Source: Eledone cirrhosa (Eukaryota). Taken from it: DNA of 64,000 nt. Below the pieces are notes generated by a model. The model was not told the origin of the DNA. It did not search any database and worked only from the letters and a program-made list of their open reading frames with translations. The position numbers were made by a program, and so were the translations under genes. Below are positions 21,001 through 35,890 of this stretch, piece after piece; the stretch's first letter is position 1; every line of letters starts with the position of its first letter. The stretch is from positions 423,212,001 through 423,276,000 of the forward strand of contig OZ024740.1 in the NCBI GenBank assembly GCA_964016885.1, given 5' to 3'.

Positions 21001-24000
21001 CACACATATACATACAGGCAGACACTCACATACATATACAGACAGACACTCACACATATACACACAGGCAGGCACACACATATACATACAGGCAGACACT
21101 CACATATACATACAGGCATACACACACATATATATACAGGCAGACACACACATATACATACAGGAAGACACTCACATACATATACAGGCAGACACTCACA
21201 TATACATACAGGCATACACACACATATACATACAGGCAGACACACACATATACATACAGGCATACACTCACATATACATACAGGCAGACACTCACATATA
21301 CATACAGGCAGACACACACATATACATACAGGCATACACTCACATATACATACATGCATACACACACATATACATACAGGCAGACACACACATATACATA
21401 CAGGCATACACACACATATACATACAGGCATACACTCACATATACATACAGGCATACACACACATATACATACAGGAATACACTCACATATACATACAGG
21501 CAGACACACACATATACATACAGGCAGATACACACATATACATACAGGCAGACACTCACATATACATACAGGCATACACACACATATATATACAGGCAGA
21601 CACACACATATACATACAGGCAGACATACACATATACATACAGGCATACACTCACATATACATACAGGCAGACACACACATATACATACAGGCAGACACT
21701 CACATACATATACAGGCATACACTCACATATACATACAGACAGACACTCACATATACATACAGGCAGACACACACATATACATACAGGCAGATACACACA
21801 TATACATACAGGCAGACACTCACATATACATACAGGCAGACACTCACATATACATACAGGCAGACACACACATATACATACAGGCAGACACACACATATA
21901 CATACAGGCAGATACACACATATACATACATGCATAAACACACATATACATACAGGCATACACTCACATATACATACAAGCAGACACTCACATATACATA
22001 CAGGCAGACACTCACATATACATACAGGCAGACTACATACAGGCAGACACTCACATATACATACAGGCAGACACTCACATATACATACAGGCAGACACAC
22101 ACATATACATACAGGCAGACACTCACATATACATACAGGCAGACACTCACATATACATACAGGCAGACACTCACATATACATACAGGCATACACACACAT
22201 ATACATACAGGCATACACTCACATATACATAGAAGCAGACACTCACATATACATACAGGCAGACACTCACATATACATACAGGCAGACACAGATATATAC
22301 ATACAGGCAGACACACACATATACATACAGGCAGACACACACATATACATACAGGCAGACACTCGAATATACATACAGGCAGACACTCATATATACATAC
22401 AGGCAGACACACACATATACACACAGGCAGACACTCACATATACATACAGGCAGACACACACATATACATACAGGCACACACACACATATACATACAGGC
22501 ATACACTCACATATACACACAGACAGACACACACACATATACATACAGGCAGACACTCACATATACATACAGGCAGACACTCACATATACATACAGGAAG
22601 ACACTCACATATACATACAGGCAGACACACACATATACATACAGGCATACACTCACATATACATACAGGCAGACACACAGATATATATATAGGCAGACAC
22701 TCACACATATACATACAGGCAGACACTCACATATACATATACAGGCAGACACTCACATATACATACAGGCATACACACACATATACATACAGGCAGACAC
22801 TCACATACATATACAGACAGACACTCACATATACATACAGGCAGACACTCACATATACACACAGGCAGACACACACATATACATACAGGCAGACACTCAC
22901 ACATACATACAGGCATACACACACATATATATACAGGCAGACACACACATATACATACAGGCAGACACACACATATACATACAGGCATACACTCACATAT
23001 ACATACAAGCAGACACTCACATATACATACAGGCAGACACACACATATACATACAGGCAGACACTCACATATACATACAGGCATACACACACATATACAT
23101 ACAGGCAGACACACACATATACATACAGGCATACACTCACATATACATAGAAGCAGACACTCACATATACATACAGGCAGACACTCACATATACATACAG
23201 GCAGACACAGATATATACATACAGGCAGACACACACATATACATACAGGCAGACACACACATATACATACAGGCAGACACTCGAATATACATACAGGCAG
23301 ACACTCATATATACATACAGGCAGACACACACATATACACACAGGCAGACACTCACATATACATACAGGCAGACACACACATATACATACAGGCACACAC
23401 ACACATATACATACAGGCATACACTCACATATACACACAGACAGACACACTCACATATACATACAGGCAGACACACACATATACATACAGGCAGACACTC
23501 ACATATACATACAGGCATACACACACATATACATACAGGCAGACACACACATATACATACAGGCATACACTCACATATACATAGAAGCAGACACTCACAT
23601 ATACATACAGGCAGACACTCACATATACATACAGGCAGACACAGATATATACATACAGGCAGACACACACATATACATACAGGCAGACACACACATATAC
23701 ATACAGGCAGACACTCACATACATATACAGACAGACACTCACATATACATACAGGCAGACACTCACATATACACACAGGCAGACACACACATATACATAC
23801 AGGCAGACACACACATATACATACAGGCAGACACTCACACATACATACAGGCATACACACACATATATATACAGGCAGACACACACATATACATACAGGC
23901 AGACACACACATATACATACAGGCATACACTCACATATACATACAAGCAGACACTCACATATACATACAGGCAGACACACACATATACATACAGGCAGAC

Positions 24001-27000
24001 ACTCACATATACATACAGGCATACACACACATATACATACAGGCAGACACACACATATACATACAGGCATAGACTCACATATACATACAAGCAGACACTC
24101 ACATATACATACAGGCAGACACGCACATATACATACAGGCATACACTCACATATACATACAGGCAGACACTCACATATACATACAGGCAGACACTCGAAT
24201 ATACATACAGGCAGACACTCACATATACATACAGTCAGACACACACATATACATACAGGCAGACACACACATATACATACAGGCATACACACACATATAC
24301 ATACAGGCATACACACACATATACATACAGGCAGACACTCACATATACATACATGCAGACACACACATATACATACAGGCAGACACACACATATACATAC
24401 AGGCAGACACACAGATATATATATAGGCAGACACTCACACATATACATACAGGCAGACACTCACATATACATACAGGCAGACACACACATATACATACAG
24501 GCAGACACACACATATACATACAGGCATACACACACATATACATACAGGCATACACACACATATACATACAGGCAGACACTCACATATACATACATGCAG
24601 ACACACACATATACATACAGGCAGACACACAGATATATATATAGGCAGACACTCACACATATACATACAGGCAGACACTCACATATACATACAGGCAGAC
24701 ACACACATATACATACAGGCATACACACACATATACATACAGGCATACACACACATATACATACAGGCAGACACTCACATACATATACAGGCAGACACTC
24801 ACATATATACATACAGGCAGACACTCACACATATACATACAGGCAGACACAGATATATACATACAGGCAGACACACACATATACATACAGGCAGACACAC
24901 ACATATATATACAGGCAGACACTCACATATACATACAGGCAGACACTCACATATACATACAGGCAGACACACACATATACATACAGGCAGACACAGATAT
25001 ATACATACAGGCAGACACACACACATATACATACAGGCAGACGCACACACATATACATACAGGCAGACACTCACATACATATACAGACAGACACTCACAC
25101 ATATACACACAGGCAGGCACACACATATACATACAGGCAGACACTCACATATACATACAGGCATACACACACATATATATACAGGCAGACACACACATAT
25201 ACATACAGGAAGACACTCACATACATATACAGGCAGACACTCACATATACATACAGGCATACACACACATATACATACAGGCAGACACACACATATACAT
25301 ACAGGCATACACTCACATATACATACAGGCAGACACTCACATATACATACAGGCAGACACACACATATACATACAGGCATACACTCACATATACATACAT
25401 GCATACACACACATATACATACAGGCAGACACACACATATACATACAGGCATACACACACATATACATACAGGCATACACACACATATACATACAGGAAT
25501 ACACTCACATATACATACAGGCAGACACACACATATACATACAGGCAGATACACACATATACATACAGGCAGACACTCACATATACATACAGGCATACAC
25601 ACACATATATATACAGGCAGACACACACATATACATACAGGCAGACATACACATATACATACAGGCATACACTCACATATACATACAGGCAGACACACAC
25701 ATATACATACAGGCAGACACTCACATACATATACAGGCATACACTCACATATACATACAGACAGACACTCACATATACATACAGGCAGACACACACATAT
25801 ACATACAGGCAGATACACACATATACATACAGGCAGACACACACATATACATACAGGCATACACTCACATATGCATACAGGCAGACACTCACATATACAT
25901 ACAGGCAGACACTCACATATACATACAGGCATACACACACATATATACACAGGCAGACACACACATATACATACAGGCAGACACACACATATACATACAG
26001 GCATACACTCACATATACATACAGGCAGACACTCACATATACACACAGACAGACACACACACATATACATACAGGCAGACACAAACATATACATACAGGC
26101 AGATACACACATATACATACAGGCAGACACACACATATATATACAGGCAGACACTCACATATACATACAGGCAGACACTCACATACATATACAGGCATAC
26201 ACTCACATATACAACAGGAAGACACTCACATATACATACAGGCAGACACACACATATACATACAGGCAGACACTAACATATACATACAGGCAGACACACA
26301 CATATATATATAGGCAGACACTCACATACATATACAGGCATACACTCACATATACATACAGGCAGACACTCACATATACACACAGACAGACACACACATA
26401 TACAACAGGAAGACACTCACTAATATATACAGGCAGACACACATATATACATACAGACAGACACACACATATATATATAGGCAGACACTCACATATACAT
26501 ACAGGCAGACACTCACATATACGTACAGACAGACACACACATATACATACAGGCAGACACACACATATACATTCAGGCAGACACACACATATATATATAT
26601 AGGCAGACACTCACATACATATACAGGCATACACTCATATATACATACAGGCAGACACTCACATATACACACAGGCAGACACACACATATACTATACATA
26701 CAGGCAGACACTCACATATACATACAGGCATACACTCACATATACATACAGGCATACATTCACATATACATACAGGCAGATACACACATATACATACAGG
26801 CAGACACTCATATATACATATACAGGCAGACAGTCACATATACATACAGGCAGACACACACATATATATACAGGCATACACTCACATATACATACAGGCA
26901 GACACTCACATATACATACAGGCATACACTCACATATACAGGCAGACACACACATATACATACAGACAGACACACACATATACAGGCAGACACTCACATA

Positions 27001-30000
27001 TACATCCAGGCAGACACACACATATACAGGCAGACACTCACATATGCATACAGGCAGACACTCACATATACATACAGGCAGACACACACACATATACATA
27101 CAGGCAGACACACACACATATACATACAGGCAGACACTCACACATATACATACAGGCATACACACACATATACATACAGGCAGACACTCACATATACATA
27201 CAGGTAGACACTCACATATACATACAGGCAGACACTCACATATACATACAGGCAGACACACACATATACATACAGGCAGACACTCACATATACATACAGG
27301 CAGACACTCACATATACATACAGGCATACACACACATATACATACAGGCAGACACACACATATACATACAGGCAGACACTCACATACATATACAGCCATA
27401 CGCTCACATATACATACAGACAGACACTCACATATACATACAGGCAGACACACACATATACATACAGGCAGATACACACATATACATACAGGCATACACT
27501 CACATATAGATACAGGCAGACACACACATATACATACAGGCAGACACTCACACATATACATACAGGCAGACACTCACATATACATACAGGCATACACACA
27601 CATATACATACAGGCAGACACACACATATACATACAGGCAGACACTCACATATACATACAGGCATACACACACATATACATACAGGCAGACACACACATA
27701 TACATACAGGCATACACTCACATATACATACAGGCAGACACTCACATATACACACAGACAGACACACACATATACAACAGGAAGACACTCACATATACAT
27801 ACAGGCAGACACACACATATATATATATAGGCAGACACTCACATACATATACAGGCATACACTCACATATACACACAGACAGACACACACATATGCAACA
27901 GGAAGACACTCACATATACATACAGGCAGACACACATATATACATACAGGCAGACACACACATATATATATAGGCAGACACTCACATATACATACAGGCA
28001 GACACTCACATATACACACAGGCAGATACACACATATACATACAGGCAGACACTCACATATACATACAGGCAGACACTCACATATACATATACAGGCAGA
28101 CATTCACACATACATACAGGCAGACACTCACATATATATACAGGCATACACTCACATATACATACAGGCAGACACTCACATATACATACAGGCAGACACA
28201 CACATATACATACAGGCAGACACACACATATACATATACAGGCAGACACTCACATATACATACAGGCAGACACACACACATATACATACAGGCAGACACA
28301 CACATATACATATACAGGCAGACACTCACACATACATACAGGCAGACACACACATATACATACAGGCAGACACTCACATATACATACAGGCATACACACA
28401 CCTATACATACAGGCAGACACTCACATATACATACAGGCATACACTCACATACAGGCAGACACACACATATACATACAGGCAGACACACACATATACATA
28501 TACAGGCAGACACTCACATATACAGGCAGACACACACATATACATACAGGGAGACACACACATATACATATACAGGCAGACACTCACATATACATACAGG
28601 CAGACACTCACACATACATACAGGTAGACACTCACATATACATACAGGTAGACACTCACATATACATACAGGCATACACTCACATATACATACAGGCAGA
28701 CACACACATATACATACAGGCATACACTCACATATACATACAGGCAGACACACACATATACATACAGGCAGACACTCACATATACATACAGGCAGACACA
28801 CACATATACATACAGGCAGACACTCACATATACATACAGGCAGACACTCACATATACATACAGGTAGACACTCACATATACATACAGGCAGACACTCACA
28901 TATACATACAGGTAGACACACACATATACATATACAGACAGACACACACATATACATACAGGCATACACTCACATATACATACAGGCAGACACACACATA
29001 TACATACAGGCAGACACTCACATATACATACAGGCAGACACACACATATACATACAGGCAGACACTCACATATACATACAGGCAGACACTCACATATACA
29101 TACAGGTAGACACTCACATATACATACAGGCAGACACTCATATACATACAGGCAGACACACACATATACATACAGGAAGACACACATATATACATACAGG
29201 CAGACACTCACATATACATACAGGCAGACACACACATATATATACAGGCAGACACTCACATATACATACAGGTAGACACTCACATATACATACAGGCAGA
29301 CACACACATATACATACAGGCAGACACTCACATATACATACAGGCAGACACACACATATACATACAGGCAGACACACACATATACATACAGGCAGACACT
29401 CACATATATACATACAGGCAGACACACACATATATACATACAGGCAGACACTGACACATACATACAGGTAGACACTCACATATACATACAGGTAGACACT
29501 CACATATACATACAGGCAGACACACACATATATATACAGGCAGACACACACATATACATACAGGCAGACACTCACACATACATACAGGCAGACACTCACA
29601 TATACATACAGGTAGACACTCACATATACATACAGGCAGACACTCATATACATACAGGCAGACACACACACATATACATACAGGCAGACACTCACATATA
29701 CATACAGGCAGACACACACATATACATACAGGCAGACACTCACATATACATACAGGCAGACACTCACATATACATACAGGCATACACACACACATATACA
29801 TACAGGCATACACACACACATATACATACAGGCAGACACTCACATATACATACAGGCAGACACTCACATATACATACAGGCAGACACTCACATATACATA
29901 CAGGCAGACACTCACACATATACATACAGGCATACACACACATATACATACAGGCAGACACTCACATATACATACAGGCAGACACTCACATATACATACA

Positions 30001-31612
30001 GGCAGACACTCACATATACATACAGGCATACACACACATATACATACAGGCAGACACACACATATACATACAGGCAGACACTCACATGTACATACAGGCA
30101 GACACACACATATACATACAGGCAGACACACACACATATACATACAGGCATACACACACACATATACATACAGGCAGACACTCACATATACATACAGGTA
30201 GACACTCACATATACATACAGGCATACACTCACATATACATACAGACAGACACTCACATATACATACAGGCAGACACTCACATATACATACAGGCATACA
30301 CTCACATACAGGCATACACTCACATACATATACAGGAAGACACACACATATACATACAGGCAGACACTCACATACATATACAGGCAGACACTCACATATA
30401 CATACAGGCATACACTCACATATACATACAGACAGACACTCACATATACATACAGGCAGACACTCACATATACATACAGGCATACACTCACATACAGGCA
30501 GACACTCACATATACATACAGGCAGACACTCACATATACATACAGGCAGACACTCACATACACATACAGGCAGACACTCACATACATATACAGGCAGACA
30601 CTCACATATACATACAGGCAGACTCTCACATATACATACAGGCAGACACACACATATACATACAGGAAGACACACACATATACATATACAGGCAGACACT
30701 CACATATACATACAGGCAGACACTCACATACATATACAGGCAGACACACACATATACATATACAGGCAGACACTCACATATACATACAGGCAGACACACA
30801 CATATACATACAGGCAGACACACACATATACATACAGGCAGACACACACATATACATATACAGGCAGACACTCACATATACATACAGGCAGACACACACA
30901 TATACATACAGGCAGACACACACATATACATACAGGCAGACACACACATATACATACAGGCAGACACTCACATATACATACAGGCAGACACACACATATA
31001 CATACAGGCAGATACACACATATACATACAGACAGACACTCACACATATACATACAGGCAGACACTCACATATACATACAGGCAGACACTCACATATACA
31101 TACAGACAGACACACATATATACATACAGGCAGACACTCACATATACATACAGCAGACACACACATATACATACAGACAGACACACACATATACATACTG
31201 GCAGACACACACATATACATACAGGCAGACACTCACATATACATACAGACAGACACTCACACATATACATACAGGCAGACACTCACATATACATACAGGC
31301 AGACACTCACATATACATACAGCAGACACACACATATACATACAGACAGACACACACATATACATACAGACAGACACTCACATATACATACAGCAGACAC
31401 ACACATATACATATAGACAGATACACACATATACATACAGGCAGACACACACATATACATACAGGCAGACACACACATATACATACAGGCAGACGCACAC
31501 ACATATACATACAGGCAGACACACACACATATACATACAGGCAGACACTCACATACATATACAGACAGACACACACATATACATACAGGCAGACACACAC
31601 ACATATACACAT
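1..31612. repeat. 24-bp minisatellite array, consensus ACAGGCAGACAC(T/A)CACATATACAT, about 1300 units (length/24), open at the left edge
   Basis: The tandem unit is directly visible. Common variants are CTCACA/CACACA, GGCAGAC/GGCATAC and 2-nt length steps (18-, 26-bp units). The array ends abruptly at ...CACATATATCAAG near 31615. Confidence 0.98.
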
Positions 31613-31676
31613 ATATCAAGAAAAACAATAGACAATGCTAAATATTTTATTAGCTCTAAAACCAAAATACCTAAAG

Positions 31677-31677
<1 letters not shown>

Positions 31678-31709
<32 letters not shown>
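31678..31709. repeat. (AAC)n microsatellite
   Basis: About 10 perfect AAC units. Confidence 0.95.
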
Positions 31710-31711
<2 letters not shown>

Positions 31712-31754
31712 TCATCTGGCTACAACTGTCTTCATTTTCTGGCTTCTGTATATT

Positions 31755-31901
31755 ACATCCACACATACATACGTACATAGATACATACATATACACATCC
31801 ACACATCCACACATCCACACATCCATCCATACATACATAAATACATACACACACATACATACATACATACACACATACATACACATACATACACACATAC
31901 A
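31755..31901. repeat. (CATA)/(CACA) compound microsatellite; probable (TGTA)n tail of RTE copy A
   Basis: Degenerate CATA repeats abut the RTE 3' terminus at 31902, the same arrangement as at 36793-36835. Confidence 0.85.
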
Positions 31902-32020
31902 TGATGATGGCTGCCCCCTCGTTATCGAGTATGGCCATTGCATGAGAACCCCCCCTCCCCATAATAATAACAATAATAATAATAATAACAATAATAATAA
32001 CGACAACAACAATAATAATA
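31902..32020 (-). mobile_element. 3' terminus of RTE-clade LINE copy A, detached from its body at 35305-35788
   Basis: The minus strand reads TTCTCATGCAATGGCCATACTCGATAACGAGGGGGCAGCCATCATCA(TGTA)n, nearly identical to 36834-36877, and is preceded by a (TTA)n tract. Confidence 0.75.
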
Positions 32021-32028
32021 TACATATA

Positions 32029-35000
32029 TAAACGACAACGGACTGGGTGGAGTAAGAATTATGTTAGCTGAAAAATGGGTAGATAAGGTAATCGACGTTA
32101 ATAGAGTAAATGACAGAATAATTTAAATAAGGCTAGTTCTAAATAAAACTACTGTGACAATAATATCCGCTTGCGCACCCCAATCTGGTCTACTTGACGT
32201 TATAAAGGACAGGTTCTATGAGACGCTAATGCACACTACCTCCCAAATAACCGACAGCGACTACTTAATTATTGCTGGATCTAAATGCCCACGTTGGACA
32301 ACATAGTGATGGCTATGATGGAATCCATGGAGGCTCAGGGGTTGGAAATAGAAATGACGAAGGCTTCAGAATCCTGGAATTCTGTGACGCCAATAACCTA
32401 ACTATCTGTAACACAAACTTCAAAACACGTGAAAACCACTTGATCACCTATAGATCAGGGGAACACGCCAGCCAGATAGATTATATCCTTACTAGAAGAC
32501 GGGACAAAGTGTCTGTTGTAAACACTAAATCCCTCCCCCGTGAAGAATGCACCTCCCAACATAGCCTAGTAGTTAGTGACCTCACAGTCAGAAATAGACG
32601 TACTCGACGACAGAGGAGGCCTACCTTGAGGAGAAGAATATGGAAGTTGAAGGACCTCATAGCCAGTGACAAATTTAAAAGCTTATTACTTGATGCCTTT
32701 GACAATAAGGAAGAGCAATTAGAGACGTGCGATATAGAGGAACAGTGGCAATTCTTGAAAGTGAACCTGCTGAAATCAACGGATGAAATCTGTGGCTGGA
32801 GCAGACCTATTGGCAGGAGGAGAGTAACTTGGTGGATTGGAGACAATCAAGACCAAAAAGGAGGCTTGGAAAGTTTGGCAGGATGGGGGAAGTAGAGAAC
32901 ACTATCAAGTAGCCAGGAGAAAACTAGGAGACAAGTGTACCTTGCAAAAAGGGAAGCAGAGGATAGAAAGTTCAAGAAGATTCTACAACGTGAGGACCAA
33001 AAACGCGAGGTGTTCAGGATTGCTAGACAATGTGTCAAGGAAAACCGTGATATTGTCGGAGAGAAGTGTGTACGTAATGATAACGGTGTACTTGCCCTCA
33101 CTGATGCTGATAAGAAGATAGCCTGGAAGTGTCACTACGAGAGACTATTAAATGAGAAGAATAAGTGGGGAAAAGATAGTCTGCCCCAAATCGATCCAAT
33201 AGAAGGACCAGCGGTGCAAGTTAAAGGTAGTATAATAAGTAAGGCAATCAAAGGTATGAAGACAGGCAAAGCAGCTGGGCCTTCGGAGATAGTTGCTGAG
33301 ATGTTGAAGGCATCTGGAATGGTGGGACATACTATGGTCACCCGTATAGTTAACCAAGTAATACAGAATGGGGTCATACCAAAAGATTGGCATAGCAGCA
33401 TCATTATTAACTGCTACAAGGGTAAAGGAAATGCTCTAGATAGAGGAAACTATAGAGGCATTAAATTAATTGACCAGGTCATGAAGGTCACAGAAAAAGT
33501 AATAGCGCAACTAATCAGAGAACGAATTGATCTAGATGAAATGCAGTTCGGGTTTGTGTCCGGTAAAAGTACCACAGACGCTCATTTCATTGTACGACAA
33601 CTACAAGAGAAGTACCTAGCTAAAAGTAAACCCCTCTACTTAGCTTTTGTAGACCTGGAAAAAGCCTTTGACAGAGTCCTCCGCTCCATTATCTGGTGGG
33701 CTCTTAGAAAACTAGGTGTAGATGAATGGCTTGTGAGAGCTATACAAGCTATGTATAATGAAACAGTCAGTAAGGTTAGAATTAACAATGAATATTGTGA
33801 AGAATTTAGTGTAAAGGTTGGTGTTCACCAGGGCTCTGTCCTTAGCCCCCTCCTATTTATTATTGCCCTTCAGGCTATAACAGAGGAGTTCAAGACCGGC
33901 TGCCAATGGGAACTCCTGTACGCAGATGATCTAACGCTCATAGCTGCATCTATGGCTGAACTAGAAAAGAAATTCCAAACATAGAAGCATGGCCTAGAAT
34001 CAAAAGGCCTTAAAGTTAACTTGTCTAAGACTAAAGTCCTAGTTTGTAGAAAGGAAAATAAGGCACAGGTACCCTCAGGGAATGGCCTTGCTCAGTGTGT
34101 AGGAAAGGAGTAGGCAGAAATTCAATTTTATGTCCCAAATGCAAAGTATGGGTACATAAAAGATGTAGTGGGATCACAGGTAAACTATCTAAGAACGTAG
34201 ACTTTATATGTGGCCGATGCTCAGGTGCGATAAGTAGCAAGTGACCACAGGATACTAGCCCCTTCTATTGCCCAGATGGTTCTATAGAAATAGTAGACAC
34301 TTTCCGTTACCTCAGTGACAAAATCGCAGTGGTGGAGGGTGTTCTGAAAGTACAGTAGCCAGAGTCAGAACGGGATGGGAAAAGTTCAGAGAAAAGTTCA
34401 GCTTATACCGCTGTTGGCCACAAAAGGTTTCTATCTAAAAATGAAAGGCAGATTGTATGATGCTTGTATACGAACAGCAATGCTACATGGCAGTAAGACA
34501 TGGGCATTACGTGCAGAGGACCTGCGTAGATTGGAAAGGAACGAAGCATGCATGCTCCGTTGGATGTGTAATAGTAACATACGTGAACGGCAAAGCATAA
34601 ATGAACTAAGTGAGAAATTAGGAATAAGAGGGATCAGATGCTGTTTACTCGAGAGAAAACTACGTTGGTATGGTCACGTGATGCGCATGAAACACGACAG
34701 CTGTATAAAAAAGTGCAGGGCGATCAAAATTGATGATAGTTACGGAGTAGGTAGACCCAGAAAAACCTGGGACGATCTGATAAATTCCGACCCTACACAC
34801 TTGCACCTCTCTAAGACAATGTCACTGGACCGAGATCTTTGGTGCCACGCAGTAATACAGAAGACCCGCCTTGCCTATGTACAAAGCGAAACCTACAGCC
34901 AGTAGGCACCTCTTAACCAAATATACACCCCAATCCACTACCCCTACCCTATCCTCCTACTCCCACCAACACCACCCCCTCTCCATAAAGTTGGTACCAC

Positions 35001-35304
35001 AACATCTAGTACAAATAAATGAGATAATGAGATCGAGATCATGTAGGTGTCACGAGAAAAAAACACACAGTCCACGCTGTAATGTAGCCGTGTAGGTAGC
35101 ACGGTAAACATTTCCCAGTTCCACACTGTAAACGTGGATGGTGTTAGGAAGGGCATCCAGCCATAGAAAACCTGCCAGATAGTCCTATATGAGCGAGACA
35201 CGGTCACCCGACCAACATTGCCTCAAGTGGGACAACTCCCGTCTAACCCATGTTAGCGTGGAAAATGGACATTAAACGAGGATGATGATGATGATGATGA
35301 TGAT
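32029..35304 (+). mobile_element. 5'-truncated, degenerate RTE-clade LINE (APE endonuclease + RT with embedded PHD finger), (GAT)n tail
   Basis: APE motifs: IISACAPQ, DLNAHVG, SQIDYIL, SQHSLVV. RT motifs: YKGKG..NYRGIKL, QFGF, AFVDLEKAFD, GVHQGSVLSPLLF, YADD at 33919-33930. C-terminal LRWYGHVMRM..GRPRKTW. Several stops and frameshifts. Ends ...GGACATTAAACGAG(GAT)n. Confidence 0.93.
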
Positions 35305-35788
35305 ACACACACATAAATATATCCACACACACACACACACACGATAGCAATTAACAGTGCTGCGATCGAATGTGGCTTTTTAGCCCAGCCAATGATCTAA
35401 AATGTCTTGCACAGAGTTGGCAACCAAAACATTCACTGGGAATAACCGGCTGTGGTTGGAGTTCATGAACTTTTGCATGTCGTTTGAGCCCTCCTGCTGA
35501 TTTACATTCACTACCACATGTTTGGCAAGCATGATGAGTAGCATCTCCAACAGCAGCCTGGTAGTCACCACTGGTCTTACTTTATGACTGCGAAGATGAC
35601 TTTCGAGTCCAGCTTTGCTTAGGCAGTCTCGCACAGACGCTGCATGTCAGCGCCATAGGAGGACCTTCGCCGTCTGGAAATGCAACAGTAATGCCCTTCC
35701 TCACATCCTGCTTTACTTTCCCCTCATATGCAGTCTTTCTCCATTTATTACGATCAGCAGCAACATTTTCCCATGTATCAGCAGCGGC
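35305..35788 (-). mobile_element. RTE LINE copy A: ORF C-terminus with three C2H2 zinc fingers and proximal 3'UTR
   Basis: Near-identical to 37050-37167 and 37197-37270 of copy B. Manual minus-strand translation gives three C-x2-C-x12-H-x3/4-H motifs, stop at 35351-35353. Confidence 0.85.
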
Positions 35789-35890
35789 TCTACCTGGAGT
35801 GACTCTCTCATCTCTGAACTAGGCACTCTATCGAGTAACTTTACTTCAAAGACCCTTTGGAAGAACCCAATTTCGGCCGCTTTTGCATAT
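35780..35890 (-). mobile_element. Fragment of a different RTE family (Expander/Rex3-like C-terminal region)
   Basis: Minus-strand translation AAEIGFFQRVFEVKLLDRVPSSEMRESLQVEPLL resembles the recalled Expander/Rex3 motif AAEM.FLRRV....L.DRVRSS.IRE.L.VEPLL. Confidence 0.6.

Noticed and set aside
31620-31756. Possible small exon or poly(A) site next to the satellite end
   Set aside because: The splice signals are weak, the segment includes the (AAC)n tract, and the peptide is not recognisable.
227-31780. Long His/Thr/Tyr-rich (+) and Cys/Val-rich (-) ORFs of up to 913 aa
   Set aside because: The 24-bp unit is stop-free in most frames. Overlapping ORFs occur in several frames on both strands and switch frame at 2-nt indels, so they are repeat artefacts.
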